Shown: positions 8,979-19,644, counted from the first letter of the stretch. The stretch is 64,000 bases of DNA from Porphyromonas sp. (GCF_030529325.1 NZ_JAUMXC010000001.1:52342-116341); one strand, 5' to 3'. A program made the numbers and translations. The notes: generated from the letters alone by a model not told the origin.

Positions 8979-10421
8979 ATGGAAACCAATAAAGTAAGGG
9001 TCGAAAGCGACCTTCTTGGTTCAAGAGAGCTTCCCAACAGCGTACTCTATGGGGTACAGACTCTCAGAGCGATGGACAACTTCAACATCTCTCCATTCAA
9101 GCTCAACAACTATCCCCTATTCATTCACGGCTTGGCTTGGACCAAGATGGGTGCGGCAAGAGCAAACGGTAAGCTCGGTGTCATCACACACGAGTGTGCT
9201 CAAGCTATCGAAAAGGCATGCCAAGAACTTCTCGAAGGCAAGCACCACGAGCACTTCCCCATCGACATGATCCAAGGAGGTGCAGGTACATCTACAAACA
9301 TGAATGCCAACGAGGTCATTGCCAACAGAGCACTTGAGATCCTCGGACACGAACGTGGACACTACAAGCACTGCTCTCCTAACGACCACGTCAACGCATC
9401 TCAGTCTACCAACGATGCTTACCCAACAGCCATCCACTTGGGTCTCTACGCTACTCACCTCCGCGTGATCGAGCATATGGAGTCGTTTGTGGCGGCCTTG
9501 AGAGTGAAGGGTAAAGAGTTTGCACATGTCATCAAGATGGGTCGCACACAGCTACAAGATGCTGTGCCTATGACACTTGGTCAGACATTCAACGGTTTTG
9601 CTTCGATCATCGAAGAAGAGATCCCTAACCTCCGCCACGCCGCAGATCAACTCCTCACCATCAACATGGGTGCTACTGCTATCGGTACAGGTATCTGTGC
9701 CGTACCGGGCTACGCAGAAGAGTGCACAAAGGCTATCAAGGAGATCACCGGATGGGACATCAAGCTTGCCGAAGACCTCGTAGGTGCGACATCAGACACA
9801 TCACACCTCATAGGCTACTCACAAGCCCTCAAGCGTATTGCAGTAAAGATCAGCAAAATCAGCAATGACCTCCGTCTCCTCTCATCAGGCCCACGTTGTG
9901 GTCTCGGTGAGATCGAGCTTCCTGCACGCCAACCCGGATCATCTATCATGCCGGGTAAGGTCAACCCTGTGATCCCCGAAGTAGCATCTCAGATCGCATA
10001 CAAGATCATGGGTAACGACGTGTGTGTCACCATGGCCGGCGAATGTGCACAGATGGAGCTCAACGCGATGGAGCCGGTCATGGCGCAGTGCTGTTTCGAG
10101 TCATCTGACTACCTCACGGTCGGTCTTGACACCCTCCGTGATCTATGTATCGTAGGCATCAAGGCGAACGAAGAGCGTTGCCGCAGACACGTCAGCGAAA
10201 GTCTCGGTATCGTCACTGCTCTCAACCCATACATCGGGTACAAGAACTCGACAAAGATCGCGAAGGAAGCCGTTGCGACAGGTCGCCCTATCACAGAGAT
10301 CGTCATCGAAAAGGGCATCCTCACTCAGGCAGAACTGGATATGATCCTCGCTCCTGAAAACATGATCAAGCCTGTACACCTTGACATCAAGCAATTGGAT
10401 AACCTCGGATACGAGGAATAA
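8979..10421 (+). CDS. aspA: Aspartate ammonia-lyase
   Basis: N-terminus collinear with E. coli AspA (RVESDLLGSRELP...YGVQTLRAMDNF) and fumarate-lyase signature GSSIMPGKVNPV. Confidence 0.85.
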   Translation: METNKVRVESDLLGSRELPNSVLYGVQTLRAMDNFNISPFKLNNYPLFIHGLAWTKMGAARANGKLGVITHECAQAIEKACQELLEGKHHEHFPIDMIQGGAGTSTNMNANEVIANRALEILGHERGHYKHCSPNDHVNASQSTNDAYPTAIHLGLYATHLRVIEHMESFVAALRVKGKEFAHVIKMGRTQLQDAVPMTLGQTFNGFASIIEEEIPNLRHAADQLLTINMGATAIGTGICAVPGYAEECTKAIKEITGWDIKLAEDLVGATSDTSHLIGYSQALKRIAVKISKISNDLRLLSSGPRCGLGEIELPARQPGSSIMPGKVNPVIPEVASQIAYKIMGNDVCVTMAGECAQMELNAMEPVMAQCCFESSDYLTVGLDTLRDLCIVGIKANEERCRRHVSESLGIVTALNPYIGYKNSTKIAKEAVATGRPITEIVIEKGILTQAELDMILAPENMIKPVHLDIKQLDNLGYEE

Positions 10422-10581
10422 TCCTTACGACATAATAAAAATCGGAAACAGGGTGTGCCATTAAATTGGTCACCCTATTTTCTTTTTCCTCTCTACCGCA
10501 AGCTGCCTACCTGACAAATATATCATCCAGACAACTCATACGACAAAAGACAACAAAGAGGGATATAAACCTGTACAATCG

Positions 10582-10645
10582 ATGTGCCTACCTTGATGAA
10601 TTAAGTTGTCTAACTTGATTCACGAGGTTAGACAACCTTTTTAAT
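10582..10645 (+). repeat. Copy 2 of the structured repeat family (degenerate distal arm: ...GTTGTCTAACTTGA-ttcacgag-GTTAGACAAC + T5)
   Basis: Same architecture as copy 1 but with a C in the first unit (GTGCCTACCTTGA), shared with copy 3. Confidence 0.75.
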
Positions 10646-10836
10646 ACCCATCCGCAGGGAAGTTCATTAAAGGCAAATAGAAAGATATAAAGTCTTGGCT
10701 AAGTATAACATTCCCAAAGAGAAAAACTGCTCTGTCATATCTGCCTTGCTTCAAATCTCTACTCCATACGTAAAAAGTCAGGTTGCCTGAACATGCGACA
10801 ACCTGACTTTTACCATTCGTCTCAGAATAATTACAT

Positions 10837-11769
10837 CTATTCGGGTTTGATAAGTTTTGTGCCACAGATAGAACAGTAATTATCTTCCGGCTGATGACTT
10901 TCGTGTCCGCAAGAGTGGCAAAAGACACCCTCATGCGGCTCAAGAGTGGATAGCTGCTTATTTACCTTGGAGTAAGAGTTTTCCTTGGCGACTTCAGCGC
11001 TTATGATCCCCGTAGGTACGGCAATGATAGAGTAACCAAGGAGCATCACAATCGTAGAGACAAACTGACCCAAAGGTGTAATAGGTGTAATATCTCCATA
11101 ACCCACGGTAGTGAGCGTGATCATCGCCCAATAGATAGAGCGAGGGATGCTGCTATAGTTGGGATTGACTGGACCTTCGATGAGATACATTACTGTACCG
11201 AGGAGAGACACGAGCACCGCAATCCATAGCATAAATACACTGATCTTTTCGTAACTATGTTTTATGGCTCTGGAGAAAAACTTCCCTTGCTCCACAAATG
11301 TCCCCATCTGCAATATCTTGAAAACTCTCAATAGCCGCACGATACGCAAAATCAACATGTAGTGTGCCCCTACAAATGCTATGGAAAGATAACTTGGCAG
11401 TACGGAAAAAAGATCGATAAGCCCGAAGAATGAAAAGATGTATCTCTTCTTCTCAAAACTGGCATAAATACGGAAGATATATTCGACAGTAAAAAGGATC
11501 GTACAGACCCATTCAAAAATCAACAGTCCATAGTGGAGTGTAGAGCCTGTGTCTGTAATGGTATGGATGAAAACAGCTATAACACTGAGCAAAACCAACG
11601 AAAGGATGATGACATCAAATCTCCATCCCTCCTTGGTGTCGTTCAGAAAAATGATCCGGTAGAGCTTGCGTTGATCATACCATGACATCTCACCATAGTT
11701 ACCCAGATCATTGATCGATGGACGGTGACGTCTTTGTTTTTCTCTGTGTGAAGCTTTATGTCTGTCCAT
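10837..11769 (-). CDS. Voltage-gated potassium channel (6TM, S4 RIVRLLRVFKIL, filter TVGYGD) with C-terminal Cys4 zinc-ribbon
   Basis: TTVGYGD selectivity filter, Arg-every-third S4 segment, C-terminal CHSCGH...CSICG. Confidence 0.8.
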   Translation of the reverse strand: MDRHKASHREKQRRHRPSINDLGNYGEMSWYDQRKLYRIIFLNDTKEGWRFDVIILSLVLLSVIAVFIHTITDTGSTLHYGLLIFEWVCTILFTVEYIFRIYASFEKKRYIFSFFGLIDLFSVLPSYLSIAFVGAHYMLILRIVRLLRVFKILQMGTFVEQGKFFSRAIKHSYEKISVFMLWIAVLVSLLGTVMYLIEGPVNPNYSSIPRSIYWAMITLTTVGYGDITPITPLGQFVSTIVMLLGYSIIAVPTGIISAEVAKENSYSKVNKQLSTLEPHEGVFCHSCGHESHQPEDNYCSICGTKLIKPE

Positions 11770-11785
11770 AGCTCTGATGTTTTGG

Positions 11786-12751
11786 TTAGACCTTCTTGAC
11801 TTTGTACTTATACATGTGACGCCATATCTCTACCATGCAGATAATCCATACGGCAAACAGAGGCAGCGTGACTGCAATTTCTGCGATATTCATCGAGATA
11901 TATCCCAAGCCAATCAACCCCAAACAAAGGTACGAGATTATCACAACTGTCAATCCTATGGCTTTACTCCATCCCCTTTTCAATCGGGAATATTGAACCC
12001 ATCCTAAGACTCCCACCAATGAGATCAGAAGAGTATATGGTGTATTCATCGAACTAAAAAGTCCTATAAATAACAGGAGAGATGACACAAACAGTGGAAA
12101 TATCGGTGCAGGAGAACTCAAATGCCTCACCTTAAGACATGGAAGTAATTGGACATGAAAAAGATTGATGATAAATAACCTCATCACCCAAGCGGGAAGG
12201 ACTTCGTACACCCTCATGATATGGATGAATGAAAACTTTTGTGGTAGGCTCTGAGTGTCGGGAGGCACACCTCGGAAACCTGAGATCCACTCGTAATAGC
12301 TGCTTAGCAACTCTTTGGGGGAGAATATCACCAGTGGTAAGAGTGTAAAGAACAGAGTTGCCACAAGTGCAGTAACTCCAAATTCTCGCTTGCGATCGGT
12401 GAAAAATATCAGGAAGTAACCAAGGAGAGGATGGATCATGAGGACACTACCCAAACTAACAACGGCAGCACTGACCTTGGGATGCGTGTCCAAATACAGA
12501 GCTGCGATCAATATAAAGGGTAGTGATAATAAGATAGGAGAGAAATATCCGACACTGAGGAAAAAAGCCGGTAATAGCAGAAGGAGAAAATATCTGCAAT
12601 TGGGAATAGAAAGAAACATCTTGTAACTGCCCCATAAGACAGCTACAAAATACAGAACAGGGAGGATATAGGGAGTGATGCCTGATGTCGACATCGCCTG
12701 CACCACATCCCATAGTGGTCCTACCCCCTGTCTGTCATAGTAGTCTAACAC
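11786..12751 (-). CDS. Polytopic integral membrane protein (EpsG/Wzy- or glycosyltransferase-like; unassigned)
   Basis: 321 aa, about 9-10 hydrophobic segments; stop lies 16 nt upstream of the channel gene start. Confidence 0.4.
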   Translation of the reverse strand: MLDYYDRQGVGPLWDVVQAMSTSGITPYILPVLYFVAVLWGSYKMFLSIPNCRYFLLLLLPAFFLSVGYFSPILLSLPFILIAALYLDTHPKVSAAVVSLGSVLMIHPLLGYFLIFFTDRKREFGVTALVATLFFTLLPLVIFSPKELLSSYYEWISGFRGVPPDTQSLPQKFSFIHIMRVYEVLPAWVMRLFIINLFHVQLLPCLKVRHLSSPAPIFPLFVSSLLLFIGLFSSMNTPYTLLISLVGVLGWVQYSRLKRGWSKAIGLTVVIISYLCLGLIGLGYISMNIAEIAVTLPLFAVWIICMVEIWRHMYKYKVKKV

Positions 12752-12756
12752 GTCAC

Positions 12757-14334
12757 TTAGAACTCAGAAGTGAAGTGAAACTCAATTTCAGGGAAGTCCT
12801 GCCTTGCCATGTTGAGCAAATAAGCACTGTCAGCCATGTAGACATCTCGACCATGTATATCTACTGCCATGTACTGAGCTTTTCGACGTTTGAAATCTTC
12901 GAGAGCTTCCTTATTGTCCGATGCGATCCAACAAGCCTTGTAGAGACTCACGGGTTCCCATCTACACTGAGCCTGATACTCATGGAGTAGCCTGTACTCG
13001 ATCACTTCAAACTGGAGTTGTCCGACAGTACCTATGATCTTACGCCCATTGAATGTGCTGGTGAAGAGCTGAGCCACACCTTCATCCATGAGTTGATCAA
13101 TCCCTTTTTGCAACTGCTTTGACTTCATAGGATCAGCATTCTCAATGTACTTGAACATCTCGGGAGAGAAACTTGGCAAGCCTTTGAAGTGAAGGTTTTC
13201 ACCGGATGTCAGAGTATCTCCGATCTTGAAATTACCGGTGTCCGGAAGACCGATGATGTCACCGGCAAAGGCATTGTCCACAATCTCTTTTTTCTGAGCC
13301 ATAAAGGCTGTCGGGCTGCTGAACTTCAGGTTTTTATCTAGACGGACATGCCTATAGTTCGTATTACGCTCAAACTGCCCGGAGCATATCTTGACAAAGG
13401 CGATACAACTTCGATGGTTGGGATCCATGTTGGCATGTATTTTGAAGATAAATCCGGTGAATGGCTCTTCGTAAGGATTGACAGTTCGCTCCTCTGCTTG
13501 AGTCGAACGAGGAGAAGGTGCAATACGAACAAAACAGTCGAGCAACTCCTTAACCCCAAAAGTATTGAGAGCCGAACCGAAAAAGACCGGTGCCACTTCA
13601 GCATTGAGATAACTCTCTGTATTTAACTCCGGATAGACTTCACCGATAAGTTCAAGATCATCTTTCAGCTTGGCAGCTTGAGCTTCAGATATGTACTTTG
13701 TGAGTTCATCGCTATTCAAATCCAACTCTACACGCTCAGAGATCTTCTGCTTGTCGGGAGTATAAATATCAAGACCTTTTTCAAAGATGTTATAAACCCC
13801 TTTGAAGCGTTCTCCGGAATCTATCGGCCAAGAGAGCGGAGTGACTGCAATCTGAAGTTCTTCCTCAATCTCATCAAGCAGATCAAAGGGATCTTGACTC
13901 TCTCTATCCATCTTATTGACAAAGACGATCACAGGAGTCTTACGCATGCGACAAACCTCCATCAAACGCTTAGTCTGTTGCTCCACACCTCTCGCACCAT
14001 CAATGACGATAATGACACTATCCACCGCGGTCAGAGTCCTATATGTATCCTCAGCAAAATCTTGGTGACCCGGAGTATCAAGAATATTGATCTTGTAACC
14101 ATCATAGTTGAATCCCATTACAGACGTAGCTACAGAGATTCCCCTTTGCTTTTCGATCTCCATCCAGTCGGAAGTAGCAGTCTTCTTGATTTTATTGCTT
14201 TTTACAGCGCCTGCGACATGTATCGCACCCCCAAAAAGGAGCAACTTCTCGGTCAATGTAGTCTTACCGGCATCCGGGTGGGCAATAATCGCGAAAGTAC
14301 GACGTCTTGATATTTCAGCTTGATTATATTGCAT
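12757..14334 (-). CDS. prfC: Peptide chain release factor 3
   Basis: RTFAIIAHPDAGKTTLTEKLLL GTPase with RF3-type domains; start at MQYNQAEISRRR (ATG 14334). Confidence 0.9.
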   Translation of the reverse strand: MQYNQAEISRRRTFAIIAHPDAGKTTLTEKLLLFGGAIHVAGAVKSNKIKKTATSDWMEIEKQRGISVATSVMGFNYDGYKINILDTPGHQDFAEDTYRTLTAVDSVIIVIDGARGVEQQTKRLMEVCRMRKTPVIVFVNKMDRESQDPFDLLDEIEEELQIAVTPLSWPIDSGERFKGVYNIFEKGLDIYTPDKQKISERVELDLNSDELTKYISEAQAAKLKDDLELIGEVYPELNTESYLNAEVAPVFFGSALNTFGVKELLDCFVRIAPSPRSTQAEERTVNPYEEPFTGFIFKIHANMDPNHRSCIAFVKICSGQFERNTNYRHVRLDKNLKFSSPTAFMAQKKEIVDNAFAGDIIGLPDTGNFKIGDTLTSGENLHFKGLPSFSPEMFKYIENADPMKSKQLQKGIDQLMDEGVAQLFTSTFNGRKIIGTVGQLQFEVIEYRLLHEYQAQCRWEPVSLYKACWIASDNKEALEDFKRRKAQYMAVDIHGRDVYMADSAYLLNMARQDFPEIEFHFTSEF

Positions 14335-14354
14335 GATGATATTGATTAGAGTGC

Positions 14355-15263
14355 TTAAATCGTAATATTGTCTATCTTGTATACTTCCCGAAGAGCTTCC
14401 TCCCAAGGCTTGACAATCTCAGGAAGGAGATTTTGGATCTTCTCAGTGTTCAAAGGGGAATAACTTGGGCGTTTGGCAATTGTCTTGTAGTCCTTTTGAG
14501 TACAAGGAGAGATCTCGATGTTTTTGGTTTGTGGATCAAGATCCAAGATAGCCTTCGCAAAGTCATATCTTGTCACCTCTCCCATATCAGAATAATGATA
14601 CAGCCCGAAAGGAATACCCTCGTTCGCTTTCATCAATTGGATAACTCTCACAACTGCACGGGCAAGTTCTATAGCAGAGGTGGGACTTCCTGTCTCATCA
14701 TTGACGACAGTGAGAGGAGTTCCCTCAAGAGCTTTTTTGCGAATAACATTATAGAAGTTTTTGCCGTATGGGGAATAAAGCCATGCCGTGCGCCAGATAT
14801 AGGCTGTGGGACAATTGGCCAAGACACCTTCTTCTCCTTCCAGCTTTGATTTTGCGTAGAAATTGGCAGGATTAGGAGTATCACCTTCTTTGTAAGAATG
14901 GAGACGTTCCGGAGATCCTTCACCACCAAAAACATGATCTGTACTAAAGTGAAACAAAACCCTGTTTTGTTTTCGGCAAAGTTCAGCCAATTGTATTGGG
15001 AGCTCGGTATTGAGACGTATAGCTTCTTTGCAATTGATTTCAGCATCGTCTACACCTGTAAATGCAGCGGCATTGACGACCACGTCAGGCTTGTAAAAGT
15101 TAAAAAACCTCTCTACCTCTTGAGGTAAAGTGAGGTCAATGACATTACGGATAGTGGGCAACCATTTGATACCCTCTGCATCACCAAAGTTTCTTATTAT
15201 AGAGTTACCCAATTGCCCACCTGCACCCGTGAGCCATGCGGTTAGTTGCTTCTTTCTGCTCAT
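14355..15263 (-). CDS. rfbD: dTDP-4-dehydrorhamnose reductase
   Basis: LTGAGGQLG Rossmann motif and STDHVFGG motif; 302 aa RmlD-like. Confidence 0.8.
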   Translation of the reverse strand: MSRKKQLTAWLTGAGGQLGNSIIRNFGDAEGIKWLPTIRNVIDLTLPQEVERFFNFYKPDVVVNAAAFTGVDDAEINCKEAIRLNTELPIQLAELCRKQNRVLFHFSTDHVFGGEGSPERLHSYKEGDTPNPANFYAKSKLEGEEGVLANCPTAYIWRTAWLYSPYGKNFYNVIRKKALEGTPLTVVNDETGSPTSAIELARAVVRVIQLMKANEGIPFGLYHYSDMGEVTRYDFAKAILDLDPQTKNIEISPCTQKDYKTIAKRPSYSPLNTEKIQNLLPEIVKPWEEALREVYKIDNITI

Positions 15264-15835
15264 GCCTCGTTCAGTTTGATATTACCGGCCTCTATCTCAC
15301 AATATCGATCAGCAAGAAGGGCCAAAAATGTACTTATCTGCTTGATTGCAGAGAGAGTTTCTTCTGAGACGTCTTTCCCCTTCATCTTTAAAGTTAAATA
15401 ACCGTACACTCCGACAAAACAAGTTTCTATCTCATTCTGCTGAGTGTCGTTACTCAATGTCCTAAGCTGAATGATCGAAGGTAAAGTCTTGTAATACAGA
15501 GTTGAGTATATAGATTGCACCGGCATCTTGAGAAGCTGCTGATGGATAACATTGAGTTCGATAAGCAAAGATTGTATCATAGGCACATGACCTGACGATA
15601 TCGTATTGCTTCTGAGCATCTCATCTCTAAGCCGGAGGTACCACTCGATAACATCTTGCACCGGCTCTCCCTCTTTGTTGTAGTTTTGAGAAACATAGTC
15701 CTCAATAGCTTTATCATCTCCGCCCAAAGCTCTGATAATATCCTCTATCTGAAACATGTAGAGGATATATTCTGAGATATTCTCCTTTCTTTTTTTCTGT
15801 GCTACAAACATATATTCTTTCCGCTTATAAAACAA
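15260..15835 (-). CDS. Hypothetical protein (DUF4924-like, conserved upstream of mutS2 in Bacteroidetes)
   Basis: 191 aa with no catalytic motifs; assignment is by position and memory only. Confidence 0.35.
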   Translation of the reverse strand: MFYKRKEYMFVAQKKRKENISEYILYMFQIEDIIRALGGDDKAIEDYVSQNYNKEGEPVQDVIEWYLRLRDEMLRSNTISSGHVPMIQSLLIELNVIHQQLLKMPVQSIYSTLYYKTLPSIIQLRTLSNDTQQNEIETCFVGVYGYLTLKMKGKDVSEETLSAIKQISTFLALLADRYCEIEAGNIKLNEA

Positions 15836-15840
15836 TCGAT

Positions 15841-18303
15841 CTATATATCGAGTTCTACCACTGTGATACCGGCCCCGCCAAGATCCACATGCTCATCTTT
15901 GAACTTTTTGACCAAAGGCATTCCCCCCAATTGCTGTCTTATGGCTTCACGGAGAGCTCCTGTCCCCGTACCATGAAGGATTCGAACCGGCGAATAAGCA
16001 AATCTCACAGCATCATCAATGAAGTAAGTCACACTCTGCATCGCCTCATCCACTCGCATCCCCCTGCAATCCAACTGAGGTTTAAAGTTCAACCTTCGGT
16101 CATCGTCCAAACTTTCGATGACAGCAGGCTTACGCTTGATGATCCCTGTAGCTTCCTTTATGCTTGGTGATAGTTTCGACAAGGGTAATACCATCAACAA
16201 GCTTCCCAGCCGAATACGAGCCTTATTTTTCATCAATTCGACGACTTCCCCGACCTCATTAGAGCCCTCAACAGAGACATTACTACCGACTTCTATCTTT
16301 AATTTTTCTTTATCGACTTGAGGTGAAGCGTCTGTTTTCTTGCTCTTCTTTTCCGATTTCTCTTTCTGAGAAATATTCGTCAAAAGATTTTTCTTTTTCT
16401 CCTCAAGCTTCTGTCTAAGGATCTTCGTAGACTCTTTTTCCGCGTTCTTCTCCTTTATCTCACGAATGGTTTTTTCCACCGTTGCATTTGCGGATGCAAT
16501 GATCTGCATCGCCTCCTTTTCAGCTTTGGATATGAGGATCTTTCTGTCCGAACTTAACTTATCAAGACGTTCTTGGAGCTTTGTTTTGAGTTGCTCGAGC
16601 TCTTTCTCTTGTCTGTGAATCTTATTACGCTTTTCCTCCCAGTATTTTTTATCTCTCATGATGTCTTGGAGATACTTATCTTGCATGACATAATCTGTAC
16701 CTACAAGATTTTCAGCATAGTCCAAGATATCAGAAGAGAGTCCTATTTTACGAGCAATTTCTATCGCAAACGAACTACCGGGCTTACCTATAAAGAGCTG
16801 ATACAAAGGCCGGATCTGTTGTCTATCAAAAAGCATTGCTCCGTTTATCACGCCCTTGTGAGTTTCCGAATAGTCTTTGAGATTACCATAATGGGTCGTT
16901 ATCATCCCAAAACAGCCGACTTTGACGAACTGATCAAGAAGAGCCTCTGCAATGGCCCCCCCAATTATAGGTTCTGTCCCTGATCCGAACTCATCTATCA
17001 ATATGAGGGTATGTTTATCTGCATTTCTGCAGAAATACTTCATGTTCAAAAGATGAGAAGAGTAAGTACTCAAATCATTTTCAAGGGACTGTTCATCTCC
17101 AAGGTTCAGAAATATCTTCTTAAACAAACAACAAGTAGAGTGATCCGATACCGGTATGGGCAATCCGCATTGAAGCATGTACTGCAGAAGTCCCACAGTC
17201 TTCAAGGTCGCAGATTTCCCACCGGCATTGGGTCCGGATATTACGAGTATACGTTTTTCGTGTGAAAGAGTGATATCGAGCGGTACAATCTCCTTGTGTT
17301 GAGACTTTAGATGTTGTTCAAGTAGAGGATGTCTTGCCCCATACCATTCCATTCTCTTGTGAGGTGTTATTGTAGGCACGATGGCATTTAATCTACCTCC
17401 AAGTCGAGATTTGGCTTTTGCAAAGTCAAGTATACCTATCAAGGTACAATTTAACTGTACTGCCGGAAGATCAGGTCTCAACACTGAGGTAAACTCCTTT
17501 AAGAGACGAGTGATTTCTCTTTTCTCCTCGCTGAGTTTTTCCCGGATTTTATTATTCATCTCCACCAACTGCTCAGGTTCGACAAAAAGCGTTTTACCTG
17601 TTGCAGACTCATCGTGGACAATTCCTCTCATTTCCCTCTTAGCAGACGGGATGATAGGTAGCAAGAGACGGCCTTCACGCAAAGTCGGATGAGCATCTTT
17701 TTCCACCCAACCTTGAGCTTGAGCATGTTTGAGGAGACTCTGTATCGTTGAACCTATAGAACTGTTGAGAGCCCTCAAATCCTGACGGATATCTCGTAAA
17801 ATTCTTGAAGCAGAGTCCTTGACATTTCCCTCTTCATCGATGAGATTGTGTATGCGACGACGTATGTCCGGTAGAGTATTTATACCCGATACGACTTTAT
17901 GGAGGTTGGGGTAAGGATAATCCTCATCCCCGGAGTATTCAAAAGTCTTGATCACTTGAAGACATGCAGTAAGGAGTTCCCCGAGAGCCACGACACCTTC
18001 AATAGGCAAAAATGCTCCCTCAGGACGAATACCATAGATATAGGCTCTCAGATCTCCAAAACGCAGTAGAGGCACATCTTTACCTGAAGTCAACAAATGC
18101 ATCATCTCACGCACATGGGCAAGTCGCTCTCCGAGTTCCTTCGGATCATTCATAAATGCCATATTTTCTGCGAGATGCCTGCTGACTTCATTGTCACACA
18201 AGCGATAGACTTCAGCACGTATGATGCCGAAGTCCAACCTATCTTCAAATGTTGAGGGGAAGATATTACTTTTCAGTTTCGTCTTACTCTCGTTGCCTTT
18301 CAT
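15841..18303 (-). CDS. mutS2: Endonuclease MutS2
   Basis: 820 aa with MutS ATPase domain (GPNAGGKS) and C-terminal Smr domain. Confidence 0.9.
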   Translation of the reverse strand: MKGNESKTKLKSNIFPSTFEDRLDFGIIRAEVYRLCDNEVSRHLAENMAFMNDPKELGERLAHVREMMHLLTSGKDVPLLRFGDLRAYIYGIRPEGAFLPIEGVVALGELLTACLQVIKTFEYSGDEDYPYPNLHKVVSGINTLPDIRRRIHNLIDEEGNVKDSASRILRDIRQDLRALNSSIGSTIQSLLKHAQAQGWVEKDAHPTLREGRLLLPIIPSAKREMRGIVHDESATGKTLFVEPEQLVEMNNKIREKLSEEKREITRLLKEFTSVLRPDLPAVQLNCTLIGILDFAKAKSRLGGRLNAIVPTITPHKRMEWYGARHPLLEQHLKSQHKEIVPLDITLSHEKRILVISGPNAGGKSATLKTVGLLQYMLQCGLPIPVSDHSTCCLFKKIFLNLGDEQSLENDLSTYSSHLLNMKYFCRNADKHTLILIDEFGSGTEPIIGGAIAEALLDQFVKVGCFGMITTHYGNLKDYSETHKGVINGAMLFDRQQIRPLYQLFIGKPGSSFAIEIARKIGLSSDILDYAENLVGTDYVMQDKYLQDIMRDKKYWEEKRNKIHRQEKELEQLKTKLQERLDKLSSDRKILISKAEKEAMQIIASANATVEKTIREIKEKNAEKESTKILRQKLEEKKKNLLTNISQKEKSEKKSKKTDASPQVDKEKLKIEVGSNVSVEGSNEVGEVVELMKNKARIRLGSLLMVLPLSKLSPSIKEATGIIKRKPAVIESLDDDRRLNFKPQLDCRGMRVDEAMQSVTYFIDDAVRFAYSPVRILHGTGTGALREAIRQQLGGMPLVKKFKDEHVDLGGAGITVVELDI

Positions 18304-19622
18304 CAGAAAAAGAATCGTCGTATGTCATTGACATTGGCATAAAGCATCAAGAACAGTAGGAAAAATAAGCCTGCCATCTGTATGCGCTCTTGCACCTTGA
18401 TCGACAATTTTCTACGGGTGATGATTTCAAAAATCAAAAATATGATATGCCCGCCATCAAGGCCGGGGATGGGCAAGATATTCATTACAGCAAGCATAAC
18501 AGACAGAAAAGCCGTCATACTCCAAAAGTCTATCCATGAAAATCTCTCAGGGAAAAGGCTACCAATGGTACCCAATCCTCCAATCTTAGACGCACCCTCC
18601 TTCGTAGCAACATACTTGAGCGAAGAAACGTAAGCTCCGAGTCTCTTAAAAGTCTTGCCTATACCGACAGGTATTGATTCAAAAAAGCCATAACTGACCT
18701 CCTCGACTCCCAAAGCCTTGGCCGGAGGCATAAAACTGATCCCTATACCTTTCTCCGCATCGATGTAGCTCCTCAAAGCAATCTTCTCTCCACCTCTTAT
18801 CACAAGAAGAGTCGCAGAGTCCCCCTTAGCCGAAGATATAGCGTCTATAACTTCTCCAAGATGAGAAGTTTCTTTTTCTGCCACGGCAATAATTTTATCC
18901 CCGGACTCCAATCCGGCCTTATGGGCTTCTCCACCATCCAACACAGCGTCTATCACACATGGAGGTTGCAAACGGTAAAGAGTACTATCCGAACTGATAA
19001 TAGCCCTCATCAGATCTGTTGGGATCGATATATCCAAGAGTTTCCCTGCCCTCTCGACAGTCAGCACCTCACCCTTACTGATCATCTGGAGTATCGACTC
19101 ATCAAAATATTTGAATTCTACCTTATCTATAGCGACGGGGAGATCACCATCCTGAAGGCCCATACGATGTCCCACACTTGAGTAGACGAGATTATCTCCG
19201 ACATTCTTCATCGGGATCTTGACATCTCCCCAAGTATATGATATCCCCGAATAGATTGCAAATGCAAGGATTACATTGAATAGTACACCACCAAGCATGA
19301 CCAATAGGCGTTGCCATGCAGGTTTGGCTCTGAATTCCCATGCTTGAGCCTCGCTGGCCCACCCTTTCGTATCCATTGACTCATCGACCATACCTGAAAT
19401 TTTGCAGTACCCGCCGAGAGGCAACCATCCGATGCCGTACTCAGTATGACTACCTTTGGGTTTATACTTGATCAAGGAAAACCAAGGATCAAAAAACAGG
19501 TAGAACTTATCTACCCGAATCTTGAATAGTCGAGCAAAGAGGAAGTGTCCCAGCTCATGTATAAAGACCAATATCCCAAGAGAGAGTATCAGTTGAAATG
19601 CTTTGATTAGAAATATACTCAT
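18303..19622 (-). CDS. rseP: RIP zinc metalloprotease RseP (site-2 protease)
   Basis: HELGHFLFARLF HExxH motif in TM1, PDZ region, C-terminal LDGG motif. Confidence 0.9.
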   Translation of the reverse strand: MSIFLIKAFQLILSLGILVFIHELGHFLFARLFKIRVDKFYLFFDPWFSLIKYKPKGSHTEYGIGWLPLGGYCKISGMVDESMDTKGWASEAQAWEFRAKPAWQRLLVMLGGVLFNVILAFAIYSGISYTWGDVKIPMKNVGDNLVYSSVGHRMGLQDGDLPVAIDKVEFKYFDESILQMISKGEVLTVERAGKLLDISIPTDLMRAIISSDSTLYRLQPPCVIDAVLDGGEAHKAGLESGDKIIAVAEKETSHLGEVIDAISSAKGDSATLLVIRGGEKIALRSYIDAEKGIGISFMPPAKALGVEEVSYGFFESIPVGIGKTFKRLGAYVSSLKYVATKEGASKIGGLGTIGSLFPERFSWIDFWSMTAFLSVMLAVMNILPIPGLDGGHIIFLIFEIITRRKLSIKVQERIQMAGLFFLLFLMLYANVNDIRRFFF

Positions 19623-19644
19623 ATTTAAAATTGAAAAAATAATA

